Below are positions 44,722 through 53,973 of a stretch of 64,000 nt of DNA, one piece after another. Source of the stretch: a virus. Its lineage: Duplodnaviria > Caudoviricetes. The notes beneath the pieces were generated by a model. The model was not told the DNA's origin, ran no database searches, and was given only the letters and a program-made list of their open reading frames with translations. The DNA lies in the IMG/VR virus record IMGVR_UViG_3300021425_002620; one strand, 5' to 3'. Each line of letters opens with the position of its first letter. Positions within the stretch are counted from its first letter, which is position 1. The translations under genes were made by a program, and so were the position numbers.

Positions 44722-46252
44722 CTTCTAATACCTCTAGATTGTGTTCTTCTTCTTCGGTAAAGGTTCCATCTTCGTGTTCATCAGTTTCAGGCTCTGATAC
44801 TTCAAACAAAGCATTAAACTGTGTACTTGCATTAACAGTCTTTTTACCTACAGCACCCCTTGTACCGGGTATAGCCATCCAAAATTTGCTATATTGATCA
44901 ATAAGTGCTAGGGCTTCTTCTTTGTTGTCAATAGCAAATATTTCTTCCACAACATCTCTAAATAAAACCCGGTCAAAGCGTTCTTGGACAAGCATTGCTG
45001 GAATGACTCCATTGTCGTATTGTCTATTTGCTTCTTGTACTGCATTTACATGACTCCATACGTTATGACCCATTTGGATCGCATAAGAAAAACTATCCCA
45101 TGATGTTTTTCCTTCTTTACCAATTTTATTTAAGTCTCCTGGAGCATAAGTGCAAACGTCCGATACTTTGAGTTCGGCAGTGAGAGGACTGTCTTCAAAG
45201 TTTTTAAATATCCCATCTGATATAACAGCATCTCTAAAGAGACGGTTGTCTGTAGCATATTTTTTATCGTCAACACTCGGCACCATTCGATATGTCCATT
45301 TCGACCTATCCTCAGTTTCGTTTTGTATGTATATCTGTCCATTTGCGGTTGCGAGAAAAGGACTAGCACAATCAAAAGTAATAGTAAAGTTTTCATTATA
45401 ATTTTTTCGTACTGCACGTTGAATATCAGTAAGCAAACATGCCCACTCTAATTTACTTGTACCCAAGAAGTGCATAACATCATGTATGCCTTTTTGCAAC
45501 AAGTTATCAAAATGTAACGTAACAATGCGTTTAAGAACTAGATGTACATCGCACATGTTCTGTCCACCCATTGCCCAGCCATTAAAGTGATTGTCTGGAT
45601 ATTTTGCAGGATCGCAGTAATCTTTCATTTGTTCATACCAGTCATCTGCTTCTGCATGGTTTTCGCCTTGTAAAACATTTAAGAATTTACAAGCACCAGT
45701 TCTATGCTTCATCCAGTAATCATTATTAATACGTGTACCTTCTACAGCTTCTTGATAAGTGGTAATGCCAGTTGCTTCTTGTCCTGCAGGAGATCTACAA
45801 ACCCAAGCAGGAATATCAAGCACCATACCATAGTCCATGTATGCATCCATCCAGCGTAAAACTTGATCTCTCTTTTTTGCTGCTTTAGGACAGTTAGGAT
45901 TTTTCCAATCACCTTCCCAAACACCCTTACCAATCTGGAAACCACCTGAGTCTCCTAGTATCCAAGAGTTTTGTCTATCTCTATTACGCACCATATCTTC
46001 TTTGGGTGCGTGTTTGTTAATATCAAGTTCTGCATGTCCTGCAGAATACAATGTCCATTGATACTGGAATTGTCCTTCTTGCGTATTTAGATAGTTTAGA
46101 CTTTCAACACCATTTGTAAAGTTGCTAGGAATACGTGACTTATCTACATATTCGTCATAACGCTGTTTACCCACATAAGTTGCATAAAAGCCACTTAGTG
46201 CTGGTAAAAATCTAGCGTAATCATTTTGTGTTGCAGTTAAGTCTTTATTCAT
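44693..46252 (-). CDS. dpdA: TGT/DpdA-family deazaguanine transglycosylase
   Basis: DSGGFQ (TGT catalytic Asp motif), LDIP, GWAMGG, HFLG, TFDCASP (second catalytic Asp), GHN; Zn-binding cysteines absent as in DNA-acting DpdA. Confidence 0.75.
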   Translation of the reverse strand: MNKDLTATQNDYARFLPALSGFYATYVGKQRYDEYVDKSRIPSNFTNGVESLNYLNTQEGQFQYQWTLYSAGHAELDINKHAPKEDMVRNRDRQNSWILGDSGGFQIGKGVWEGDWKNPNCPKAAKKRDQVLRWMDAYMDYGMVLDIPAWVCRSPAGQEATGITTYQEAVEGTRINNDYWMKHRTGACKFLNVLQGENHAEADDWYEQMKDYCDPAKYPDNHFNGWAMGGQNMCDVHLVLKRIVTLHFDNLLQKGIHDVMHFLGTSKLEWACLLTDIQRAVRKNYNENFTITFDCASPFLATANGQIYIQNETEDRSKWTYRMVPSVDDKKYATDNRLFRDAVISDGIFKNFEDSPLTAELKVSDVCTYAPGDLNKIGKEGKTSWDSFSYAIQMGHNVWSHVNAVQEANRQYDNGVIPAMLVQERFDRVLFRDVVEEIFAIDNKEEALALIDQYSKFWMAIPGTRGAVGKKTVNASTQFNALFEVSEPETDEHEDGTFTEEEEHNLEVLEDEQLYGETQ

Positions 46253-46335
46253 TTATTAATTTCCGATACTGCTATTATATAAAAGCCAATTATAATAACG
46301 GCTAATATGCTAATTGCTGTTGCAACTTCGCCCAT
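46249..46335 (-). CDS. 28-aa single-pass membrane peptide, missing from the ORF track
   Basis: MGEVATAISILAVIIIGFYIIAVSEINK; fills the gap exactly and ends in ATGA overlap with dpdA. Confidence 0.6.
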   Translation of the reverse strand: MGEVATAISILAVIIIGFYIIAVSEINK

Positions 46336-46336
46336 A

Positions 46337-47059
46337 TTACTTACTCTGCGCTGGCAGGATATAGTCATACTTGGCCATACCGCTGTCTACACTAATCATC
46401 ATAGCACCTTGATCTGAAATACTCATAGTTAAATCGCCGTCTAACCCTAAGATTGCTTGTACTTGTGCAACTGGCCAACTCCAAGTATGTTGTAATGTAC
46501 CTTCAACGCCGTGTTGGAAAACAAATTCGCCTGCGTGTGTACTTGCATCACCAAAGCTGAATACTAAACTATTATCTTTAGTTGTTACATTAAATGTTGG
46601 CTCTTCTGAATGTGCCGCACTCATAAGTTTCATACGTCCAATACTAGCCATAGTTGGTGACACTGTAACATTCCATTGAGCACCTTTGAATTTAACAGTT
46701 TTTAATTTTTCATCAATAATTGCTTTGTTCATAAAGCGATAATCGTTTTGAAAGTCGCCTGCTGCGTTCTCAAAGTGAATGTGTGTTGGTACAACTTCGC
46801 CATTACGCTCTGCTGTAACAACTTCAATCTTTGCATTATCTTTGTATTCAGGATTTTTTAAATGTAATGCTAGTTTGTCTAAGTTAGGCATACCAAATGT
46901 AGCATTAGCAATAGTATGACTTGATGTAGCACTTAAAATTACACTGCGATCTTCTGCCATTGAGTCAATTTGAGTACCTTCGTCGTTAGATACTTTTACT
47001 AATGATAGGAAGCCTAGTGCGTGAGTATGTGCTACTACGTCTTGTAATATGTCTTTCAT
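46337..47059 (-). CDS. Probable DNA polymerase sliding clamp (gp45/PCNA-like)
   Basis: 240 aa, alternating alpha/beta pattern, D.DRSV and C-terminal KYDYILPA like clamp C-termini, close to polB. Confidence 0.55.
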   Translation of the reverse strand: MKDILQDVVAHTHALGFLSLVKVSNDEGTQIDSMAEDRSVILSATSSHTIANATFGMPNLDKLALHLKNPEYKDNAKIEVVTAERNGEVVPTHIHFENAAGDFQNDYRFMNKAIIDEKLKTVKFKGAQWNVTVSPTMASIGRMKLMSAAHSEEPTFNVTTKDNSLVFSFGDASTHAGEFVFQHGVEGTLQHTWSWPVAQVQAILGLDGDLTMSISDQGAMMISVDSGMAKYDYILPAQSK

Positions 47060-47826
47060 GATATAGTTTCTCCATTGAATAAGTTAATTATATTACTATT
47101 TTCTTCGTTTGTCAAGAACTTTTCTACTGTGTATTTAGGTTTAAAGCCTAAGGCCTTTAACTTTTCTGTATCGGCACATGTAAAGTTTCTCTCTCCTGGG
47201 GTATTTAGACGCACTGGAAGATCCGGTGCAAGGTCTTGGATTCGATGCGGAATCCCCGTTCCAATATCGATTGTACCTTTCAAGTAAGTTGCCTTAATTA
47301 AAAGTTCAACAGCATCTAATACATCTTGTAGATGAATAAAATCTCTGTAATGTTTGGTTGTATATTCTAGTGTACCGTCACGCAATCTCTTAAAAAACAT
47401 GTTATCTCTAGGACAGTTATCACTGTATACTGTATGAAATCTCATACCTAATGTATTAGGATAACGTTCTGCAAGTTCTTCTAAACAATACTTAGATGCC
47501 GCATAAGGATTTAAGTCAGGTTCGTATGCACTAGAACTACTAGCATACAATATACGTGTATCTTCGTAGGCTTCAAATAGTCTACGACTTGCTTCTATAT
47601 TATTCATCCAATATGATGCAGGATCTTTTAAACTTTCTCTTACTCCGCTTTTGCCTGCAAGATGGATTACAAGATCTATCTTTTTAGGCCAAGCAGTGTA
47701 GTGTAACAAATCACAGTCTGGACCATCTTTAATATCAATACCAAATACATTATGATTTGCTCTTAGCAATCTAAATTCTAAAGCACTTCCAATAAAGCCT
47801 TTGTGTCCTGTTAATAATATGTTCAT
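47056..47826 (-). CDS. NAD-dependent nucleotide-sugar epimerase/dehydratase
   Basis: ILLTGHKGFIG, IHLAG, YASSSS, YAASK, RFHTVY, RDFIH. Confidence 0.9.
   Translation of the reverse strand: MNILLTGHKGFIGSALEFRLLRANHNVFGIDIKDGPDCDLLHYTAWPKKIDLVIHLAGKSGVRESLKDPASYWMNNIEASRRLFEAYEDTRILYASSSSAYEPDLNPYAASKYCLEELAERYPNTLGMRFHTVYSDNCPRDNMFFKRLRDGTLEYTTKHYRDFIHLQDVLDAVELLIKATYLKGTIDIGTGIPHRIQDLAPDLPVRLNTPGERNFTCADTEKLKALGFKPKYTVEKFLTNEENSNIINLFNGETIS
47087..47115 (-). promoter_or_regulatory. Consensus sigma70-type promoter for the clamp-dpdA segment, inside the epimerase 3' end
   Basis: TTGACA (47115-47110), 17 bp, TATAAT (47092-47087), GGAG RBS. Confidence 0.8.
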
Positions 47827-48530
47827 ATTATATTCTTAAGTATATCCCATGTATCTTTATAATCTTTTACATGAAATAACTCGCCGCCTTTCTCTTTTAC
47901 AACTCTTGACAATGTATAATCATTGCCGTTTTCGTCCATTCTATCTCCAAAGAAGTAAATTTTTGCATCTTCATCGCTAAAATGGCTTATAATTTGTGCT
48001 TTATCTTTACCACGTTGGATAATGTCAATTCCTGTTTCACCACCAACTCTACATTCAATTTGAGGAAATAAATCATTAATAGCATTAGCAATTCGAATAC
48101 GTTCTTGATTTTCTCTATCCCATTTTACATATTCAGCTCTTTGATCTAAATTTGCATTTCTGCCAACTACACTAAAATTACAAAGTCCTGTTCTGTGTTC
48201 AAAGTGTAAGCCTGTTCTTAACGGGAATTTGCTTTCAGTTAATAGAAAAGATAGTGCTTCGTGTACAACTTCTGGCAATACCCAATTACTTTTGTAAATA
48301 TTATTATTACCTTGCCAAACATCATTACCTAAACAGTTATAAACTGTATGACAAGAATTATATATTTCAGGTGTTAGTTGTTCTACTGTTTTTTCTTTGT
48401 CACTTCCAGTAACCAAGTATACTAAATTATGTCGACAAAAAGGTAAAAAATATGAATAGAATCTTTCATCTATACGTTGTCTACTTGGTGTAAGTGTACC
48501 ATCTACATCAAATATAAAATACTGTTTCAT
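47823..48530 (-). CDS. HAD-superfamily phosphomannomutase (eukaryotic PMM-type)
   Basis: FDVDGTLTPSRQ, VTGSD, FEHR.G..NFS..GR, GG..GIDI...G.DK, FFGD.M..NGND. Confidence 0.85.
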   Translation of the reverse strand: MKQYFIFDVDGTLTPSRQRIDERFYSYFLPFCRHNLVYLVTGSDKEKTVEQLTPEIYNSCHTVYNCLGNDVWQGNNNIYKSNWVLPEVVHEALSFLLTESKFPLRTGLHFEHRTGLCNFSVVGRNANLDQRAEYVKWDRENQERIRIANAINDLFPQIECRVGGETGIDIIQRGKDKAQIISHFSDEDAKIYFFGDRMDENGNDYTLSRVVKEKGGELFHVKDYKDTWDILKNII

Positions 48531-48943
48531 TTTGTTTCTCTCTTTGTTACACGTGATCTTAAATCGCTTGAACTAAAACGATGATCTCTTTTATTAAAAA
48601 ACAATTCAATATCTCTTTGTCGGCATATATCCTTGCCTGTAAAATCCATATCTCTGTATTCCTCTCCTAGTATTCGTATATCAATATGATACATTTGTAG
48701 TATGTCTTCTAGGTCTTGTTCAGTGCCATATGGAATAATTTCATCTACGTATCCAACTGCTTTTAGTTGTGTATAACGTTCTACAATAGTTTGTATTGGA
48801 GGATTTTTTGACGGTCTATCTACACTAGGATCCATTTGCAATCCTACCATTAAATAGTCACATTGATCTTTTGCGTCACGCAACATTTGTACATGTCCTG
48901 CGTGTAGTAAATCAAAAGTTGAACAAGTAAACCCTACTTTCAT
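48527..48943 (-). CDS. Cytidylyltransferase family protein (TagD/RfaE-II-like)
   Basis: TFDLLHAGH HIGH motif, ER...L.AV.YVD, LGEEY, R.H.FSSS. Confidence 0.9.
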   Translation of the reverse strand: MKVGFTCSTFDLLHAGHVQMLRDAKDQCDYLMVGLQMDPSVDRPSKNPPIQTIVERYTQLKAVGYVDEIIPYGTEQDLEDILQMYHIDIRILGEEYRDMDFTGKDICRQRDIELFFNKRDHRFSSSDLRSRVTKRETK

Positions 48944-49056
48944 TAGTCGTCCTCTTCGTCTTCCCTATTTCTAATAGCTTCTATTATATCCATAAGCGAT
49001 TGTAGCTCGTCAGCATCTCGAACAGTATCAAGTTCTAACTCAATCTTTATTTTCAT
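48943..49056 (-). CDS. 37-aa acidic small protein, missing from the ORF track
   Basis: MKIKIELELDTVRDADELQSLMDIIEAIRNREDEEDD; GGAG RBS, TAATG overlap with the next gene. Confidence 0.65.
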   Translation of the reverse strand: MKIKIELELDTVRDADELQSLMDIIEAIRNREDEEDD

Positions 49057-49057
49057 A

Positions 49058-51730
49058 TCAATCTCCAAAGTCAAACAAACTACTAAATGTGTTGTGTTGT
49101 TTAGTATCTTCTAGATCATAATTCAACACACCAATCAAATTATCAAGTTTGTTATCAATAATTGTTTCTGCCATTGCTGCATCATCAAATGGCAATTCTT
49201 TAAACCACTCAGGTAATCTTAGCTCATCTGTTGGATAAGCAACACTTGTATAACCTAAGGGATTCTGTTTTAATTTACAAACAATAACTTTCATACCGTC
49301 AACGATTTCTTGTGAGTATTTGTCACCGTTCATACGTTTTAGTGTATTCCAATTAATGCTTGCCCGCACGTGGCCCGGCATATTTGCCTTGCCTTGTTTT
49401 TGTTCAAGACGCTGATAGTGTCCAATCTTGTTTGCACGTTTAGGCGAACCTTTTTCCCAACCTGGCATCTCTTGAAACTCTTTACGGAACTGTGTAATAC
49501 GTTCTAGTACTTCAGATTCTTCTGCATCTGTAAGCACCATTAAAAGTACTTCGCTTAAAAACTTTTGCATAAACACAGGAGTGTCTGACCTACGTAAGTC
49601 TAAGCCCATTGCCTTTACTTTACCAGGCTTACCGTCTTGATCTGTTCTAAAACCTTCATTGTCAACTACTAGTGCCGCATATCGCTTCTTAGTAATATAA
49701 AGACCACTCTGAGCAACAATTTCTCTACCTGCCGCAATAACGTCACTTCTGCTCTTTGGACAATGAAATGCTTGCAACATAAACTTTTCAAATGTTGTAT
49801 TTGCTTGTTCACAAACTTGATCATATAGTGCAATACATTTTTCAGTATTCCATTCAAGTTTACCAGTTCCTACGTCTTCCTGTAGTACAGGCCATGCACT
49901 AAAGTAAACAGAGTCAGTGTCGCCATATATTACTGCTTTACCGGTATGATCGTAATCACCTGTAATTACATTGTTAACTTCAGCACTCATATGTTTAACA
50001 ATTTGTCTACCAGTTAGTGTAGTTGACTGACCAATACGTTTATCGAAAAATCTACAGCCCGGATTCAAAATAGCACCATACAAGCTGTTCAAGTTAATCT
50101 TTTTAACTAACTGTCGCTTGTCCCAGTATTCTATTTCTGCATCAAGATTTGCGTCTTTTGCTTTTTTAAGTTTCTTTTGTAGTTCTTTACGTTCTGCGTA
50201 CCAGCGTTTAAGAATACCCGGAATAACACCTTCAAACTCTGTAGTAAAGATTGTACCATTTGCACTAAGCATCCAAGGCATCTGACTGTCAAATATAAGT
50301 TGATAAATCTCTGCACCACTTAGTACATCTGATCTACCATCCTCCCAATCAACAGTTAGCGCAACATCTTTACGTTGCTCCATTACTGCTTCATATTCTT
50401 CAGTTGAAAATCGTCCTTCCCAACTACCTGCGAAGCTCTTCTTCTTAAGAGTCATATCTTCGTGTACACGAGATTCAGTTATTTCAGGACGTATTTGTCC
50501 AACAATAGTTTCCGGTGCCATATTTAAAGCACGAATCACTGAAGGATATAGTGAGTTTAAGTCCATTGAACCAATCCACTTGTGCAGTCCTTTTTTTGGA
50601 AATGCAACATATGCTCCAGCAGCCTGTGTATTTTCTGTGTCGTCACGTTTGGGGCGATTAGGAACCTGTAGTCCTCTGTTATGTGCTTCGTTAATAATAC
50701 CTTGCTCTGTAACGGCAACAGCACCCATTGTTGTTTGAAGCATCACAGTATTTTCGTGTGCAATACTGTTACTAAGATCAATAAATCGTAGTTTCTTGTC
50801 TAGTTTGTCCAGTAGTGCAGTATCCTGAATGTTATATTCAATAAACTTACGGAAGTCGTTGTTATATAACTGATCCAGCGTACCTTCATATGGCACTTTG
50901 TTTTCGCCTACTTCAATCTCACCAATCGCATCTAATCGATATGAGTGACGTTCTTCATATGTATACTTACGATACAGTTCTAATGAGTCTAAGTGTACAC
51001 GACCTACTAAATCAAATGTAACTGCTTGCTTCCCATATTTTTCGTATTCACGCTTCTTAGGCAGTTGTCCCCATAGGCAAAACCGCCTTGTGTCATCTTT
51101 ACTGAGTACACGACTAGTTCTGTTTACAGTATACGGAATATCATAACCTTCACTGTTCCAACCACTTAGTATGTCAGCATCTTCAATTAGCGTTAAGAAG
51201 GTATCAATCATATCACCTTCACGTTCAAACAACATTACATTATCAATGCCTTCTAATTCTTTTTGTGCCTGATCCATAGTTAGTGTTTTAGGAGGAACAG
51301 CAAGACACACCATTGTTTCTAACCACTGCAAATACACAGAGATAGATGTAATTGGCATAAAAGGATCGCTTGGATCAGCAAAGCCACGCTCTGGATCAAA
51401 GTCAGTCTCAATATCGAAAAATGCAATATTTAGTTTAGGTGCATCTTGGTTAAGATAGTTTTCACTAAGACATTGAAAAAGTGGATTGATGTCGCTTTCG
51501 AATAAGTTCTTGCCTTTGTTAATAGCAACTTCTTTTCGAAAGTCTTTTGTGTTTTTACAAACAATACGTGATAGAGGATCTCCGTAAATACTTTTGTATT
51601 TGCCTCGAGGATCTTCGTAATAAAATGTATATTTGGCAGGATATTCTGTAAAGTGTCTTTTGCCATCGCGTCTTTCTACAACACGAATAATATCCTGATC
51701 GCGATCGAACATCGCATCTACGTATGGCAT
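49058..51730 (-). CDS. DNA polymerase family B (T4 gp43-like)
   Basis: ExoI FFDIETD, ExoII GWNS..YD, motif A DLNSLYPS, motif B KINLNSLYG, motif C YGDTDS. Confidence 0.97.
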   Translation of the reverse strand: MPYVDAMFDRDQDIIRVVERRDGKRHFTEYPAKYTFYYEDPRGKYKSIYGDPLSRIVCKNTKDFRKEVAINKGKNLFESDINPLFQCLSENYLNQDAPKLNIAFFDIETDFDPERGFADPSDPFMPITSISVYLQWLETMVCLAVPPKTLTMDQAQKELEGIDNVMLFEREGDMIDTFLTLIEDADILSGWNSEGYDIPYTVNRTSRVLSKDDTRRFCLWGQLPKKREYEKYGKQAVTFDLVGRVHLDSLELYRKYTYEERHSYRLDAIGEIEVGENKVPYEGTLDQLYNNDFRKFIEYNIQDTALLDKLDKKLRFIDLSNSIAHENTVMLQTTMGAVAVTEQGIINEAHNRGLQVPNRPKRDDTENTQAAGAYVAFPKKGLHKWIGSMDLNSLYPSVIRALNMAPETIVGQIRPEITESRVHEDMTLKKKSFAGSWEGRFSTEEYEAVMEQRKDVALTVDWEDGRSDVLSGAEIYQLIFDSQMPWMLSANGTIFTTEFEGVIPGILKRWYAERKELQKKLKKAKDANLDAEIEYWDKRQLVKKINLNSLYGAILNPGCRFFDKRIGQSTTLTGRQIVKHMSAEVNNVITGDYDHTGKAVIYGDTDSVYFSAWPVLQEDVGTGKLEWNTEKCIALYDQVCEQANTTFEKFMLQAFHCPKSRSDVIAAGREIVAQSGLYITKKRYAALVVDNEGFRTDQDGKPGKVKAMGLDLRRSDTPVFMQKFLSEVLLMVLTDAEESEVLERITQFRKEFQEMPGWEKGSPKRANKIGHYQRLEQKQGKANMPGHVRASINWNTLKRMNGDKYSQEIVDGMKVIVCKLKQNPLGYTSVAYPTDELRLPEWFKELPFDDAAMAETIIDNKLDNLIGVLNYDLEDTKQHNTFSSLFDFGD

Positions 51731-51738
51731 CTAATTTT

Positions 51739-51810
51739 CTCCTCGTTGCTTGTGGCCAACTTAACCTTCATTCTTGCTCGACAATCGTCTTTGAGCGTAA
51801 TAATATTTAT
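51739..51810 (-). promoter_or_regulatory. Late-type box and structured leader of the DNA polymerase gene
   Basis: ATAAATA 51810-51804; GCTC-AAA-GAC-GATT-GTC-GAGC hairpin 51796-51776; GTTG-N8-CAAC stem abutting GAGGAG. Confidence 0.5.
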
Positions 51811-52091
51811 TACCACCATTTCATAGCAACACCAAATCCGAGTACGTTAACAAATATAAACCAACCTGTTAACATCATTGGCCATGCTAGTTTGCGTCTG
51901 TAATATCCTAGTACTCCAAAAACACTACCTATAAAAAAGCCTGGATAAACTATACGCATATCAGGCGCATCTGCGGTAAGTGCTAATGAAGCACTGGCGG
52001 CTACTGTAAAAACAAAACTTAATAGTTCGTATCCAAATGCTATACGATCAGTCCGATAACTGTCGGCCCAAAACTCGTATATTTTTCTCAC
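51810..52091 (-). CDS. Small multi-pass membrane protein
   Basis: Three hydrophobic segments; GTGA overlap. Confidence 0.75.
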   Translation of the reverse strand: MRKIYEFWADSYRTDRIAFGYELLSFVFTVAASASLALTADAPDMRIVYPGFFIGSVFGVLGYYRRKLAWPMMLTGWFIFVNVLGFGVAMKWW

Positions 52092-52348
52092 TTGTCATAG
52101 CCTAATGTAGTAATAAGTGTTTCTAGATCGTCATATGCATCTGCATGACTTTCCCAATCACGTTTTTGTGCAATTTTAATTGCTTTATTAATTAGAGATG
52201 GTTTAATGTCCATTTCTTCTGCAACTGCTTTTACAGTTTCTTTTAATCCTGTATTAAGATCTTCAATCTCTTGTAATACAGTAACACCTTCTCTTACTAG
52301 TCTTTCTAATTTTTGCTTTTCGTCAGCACCGTAGGTACGAGATCCCAT
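52088..52348 (-). CDS. Small dsDNA-binding protein, T4 DsbA/GapR-like
   Basis: L.RLV.E...EIEDL...LKE.V......I.P..I.K.I helical pattern; own strong promoter. Confidence 0.5.
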   Translation of the reverse strand: MGSRTYGADEKQKLERLVREGVTVLQEIEDLNTGLKETVKAVAEEMDIKPSLINKAIKIAQKRDWESHADAYDDLETLITTLGYDK

Positions 52349-52375
52349 AGTATTCTCCTGTTAATGTTATTATAT

Positions 52376-52404
52376 ATTATAGTATCTGATTAGATTAGTG
52401 TCAA
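52376..52404 (-). promoter_or_regulatory. Consensus sigma70-type promoter
   Basis: TTGACA (52404-52399), 17 bp, TATAAT (52381-52376), AGGAG RBS. Confidence 0.85.
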
Positions 52405-52407
52405 CCG

Positions 52408-53040
52408 TTAAATGACTTTTATGTTATCAAAGGCACGATGCCAGCCAAAATGCTGTGCTTTGTAGTCTGATTGATCGTCGGAAGATAGTTTTTCCCATTC
52501 TGCTCGTCTTGCATTAAGCTCGTGAGCACCTTTATACCAGTTGGTATTTTCAATGATATGTTCAAGTTGTTCTTTTGCCTTATTTGCTTCTTCAAGTGTA
52601 TCAAAGTCTTGTTCAATGTGTATAACTTCCATTACAATGCCATGATCGATATAATCTAAACTAAAATCTATACCGTATTTAGGCTTTACTGCTAGTAACT
52701 TCTGTAATATTGGACGTTTAAATACTGCATCTTCTAATTGTTTTCTTGCTTCTCCTGCAAAAGCAAATCTTTGCAACAACATACAATGATCAAGAACTGG
52801 ACCTACTTCTGCATCTTCTTTATCAATATACCAAGGTATAACTGGTGCTACATGATACTGTATATCGTAATTTAGTTTGATACCTTGTGCTTCGTAGTAT
52901 GCACGTTCTAGAGGTGCAGGAACTTCATAGCCGTCTTTATCAAAATCTTTAAGGCTATATGTATCTATAAAATGTTGGGGTATAGGGTTGGTAAGTAAAA
53001 GTGACTCATTAAAACTGGCGTTTTGTTTAATAAGTTGCAA
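52408..53040 (-). CDS. Hypothetical protein
   Basis: 210-aa ORF, TTG start after AAGGAAG. Confidence 0.75.
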   Translation of the reverse strand: MQLIKQNASFNESLLLTNPIPQHFIDTYSLKDFDKDGYEVPAPLERAYYEAQGIKLNYDIQYHVAPVIPWYIDKEDAEVGPVLDHCMLLQRFAFAGEARKQLEDAVFKRPILQKLLAVKPKYGIDFSLDYIDHGIVMEVIHIEQDFDTLEEANKAKEQLEHIIENTNWYKGAHELNARRAEWEKLSSDDQSDYKAQHFGWHRAFDNIKVI

Positions 53041-53054
53041 TATTGCACTTCCTT

Positions 53055-53969
53055 TTATTTTTTTGCATCTAAGAGTCTGTATAGTTCATCTTTGATAGAC
53101 TCGTATGGTTGTCCTTTATGCTTTACTTTACCTGCTTTAGCATCTTTTTTCTTATCTTTGTGTGCGCCCATTGCACCACTTTTACGTAAGTCAGTCATAT
53201 ACTGAGCATTTGGATCGCGTGGTTTTAGACTTGGAACTTTTTTACCTTCTACAAGTGTTTCTATAATACCTTCAAGGTATGCTACTCTTGCTTCTAGTGC
53301 TTCTAATTTACCTTTGCCTGCTGCTGGATCAGTGAGTGTAAATTTACGACCGTTAACAGCAATAATTTGATCTCTACTAATGGCAAATGTTGCACCATTT
53401 AGTTCTAACTGTATTACATTTTTACCGTTAGTATCAAGATTCTTTAACATTTTAACTGCTGGTGCAGTACGTCTTTGACCTTTTTTATTAACATACGTAA
53501 TATCATCGCCTGCTTTTAGTGTGTAACCTTCGTCACTTGTAGGCATAGCACTTGGTTGTGCTTGTGCTGGTTGTTGTGCTGGTTGTTGTGCTGTTGGTTT
53601 TTTATCTTTGCCTTTAATTAAATCTTTAATTTGATCAACATCTGATTTTGGCTTCTTACCGTCAACTTGTGTATTAAGAGCATCTAGTTTGTTGTAGTTT
53701 TTAAAACCGTGCTTTAGTGCATCTAATGGTGTTGCTTCGTTAGTTTTTACACCAGCAAGGGCAGCAAAGTCACTTACACTATAATCTCTATCCATTTTCA
53801 ACGAACCTTCTGTAACTTCAGCATTCTCACGTAAGTAATCTTTGGTTGGTTCAACTGTTCCGGATGCCACCGAACCACCTTGTGCTACTTGCTGTAATTT
53901 TGCTAAATCTTCTCTTGGATCTGTTGGATCCAATTCAAAAAGTTTTTGCTGAAGTCTATGAAAGTCCAT
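53055..53969 (-). CDS. Putative virion-internal protein
   Basis: Modular, low-complexity QQPA repeats (12-nt unit x2.6 at 53563-53593), xxE-G/A junctions, basic C-terminal module. Confidence 0.55.
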   Translation of the reverse strand: MDFHRLQQKLFELDPTDPREDLAKLQQVAQGGSVASGTVEPTKDYLRENAEVTEGSLKMDRDYSVSDFAALAGVKTNEATPLDALKHGFKNYNKLDALNTQVDGKKPKSDVDQIKDLIKGKDKKPTAQQPAQQPAQAQPSAMPTSDEGYTLKAGDDITYVNKKGQRRTAPAVKMLKNLDTNGKNVIQLELNGATFAISRDQIIAVNGRKFTLTDPAAGKGKLEALEARVAYLEGIIETLVEGKKVPSLKPRDPNAQYMTDLRKSGAMGAHKDKKKDAKAGKVKHKGQPYESIKDELYRLLDAKK

Positions 53970-53973
53970 TAAC

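Noticed and set aside
49058-51730. Intein or intron in the DNA polymerase
   Set aside because: 890 aa continuous frame with normal motif spacing and no intein splice-junction motifs
53563-53593. 12-nt tandem repeat as a contingency locus
   Set aside because: In-frame, 2.6 copies, simply encodes a QQPA linker
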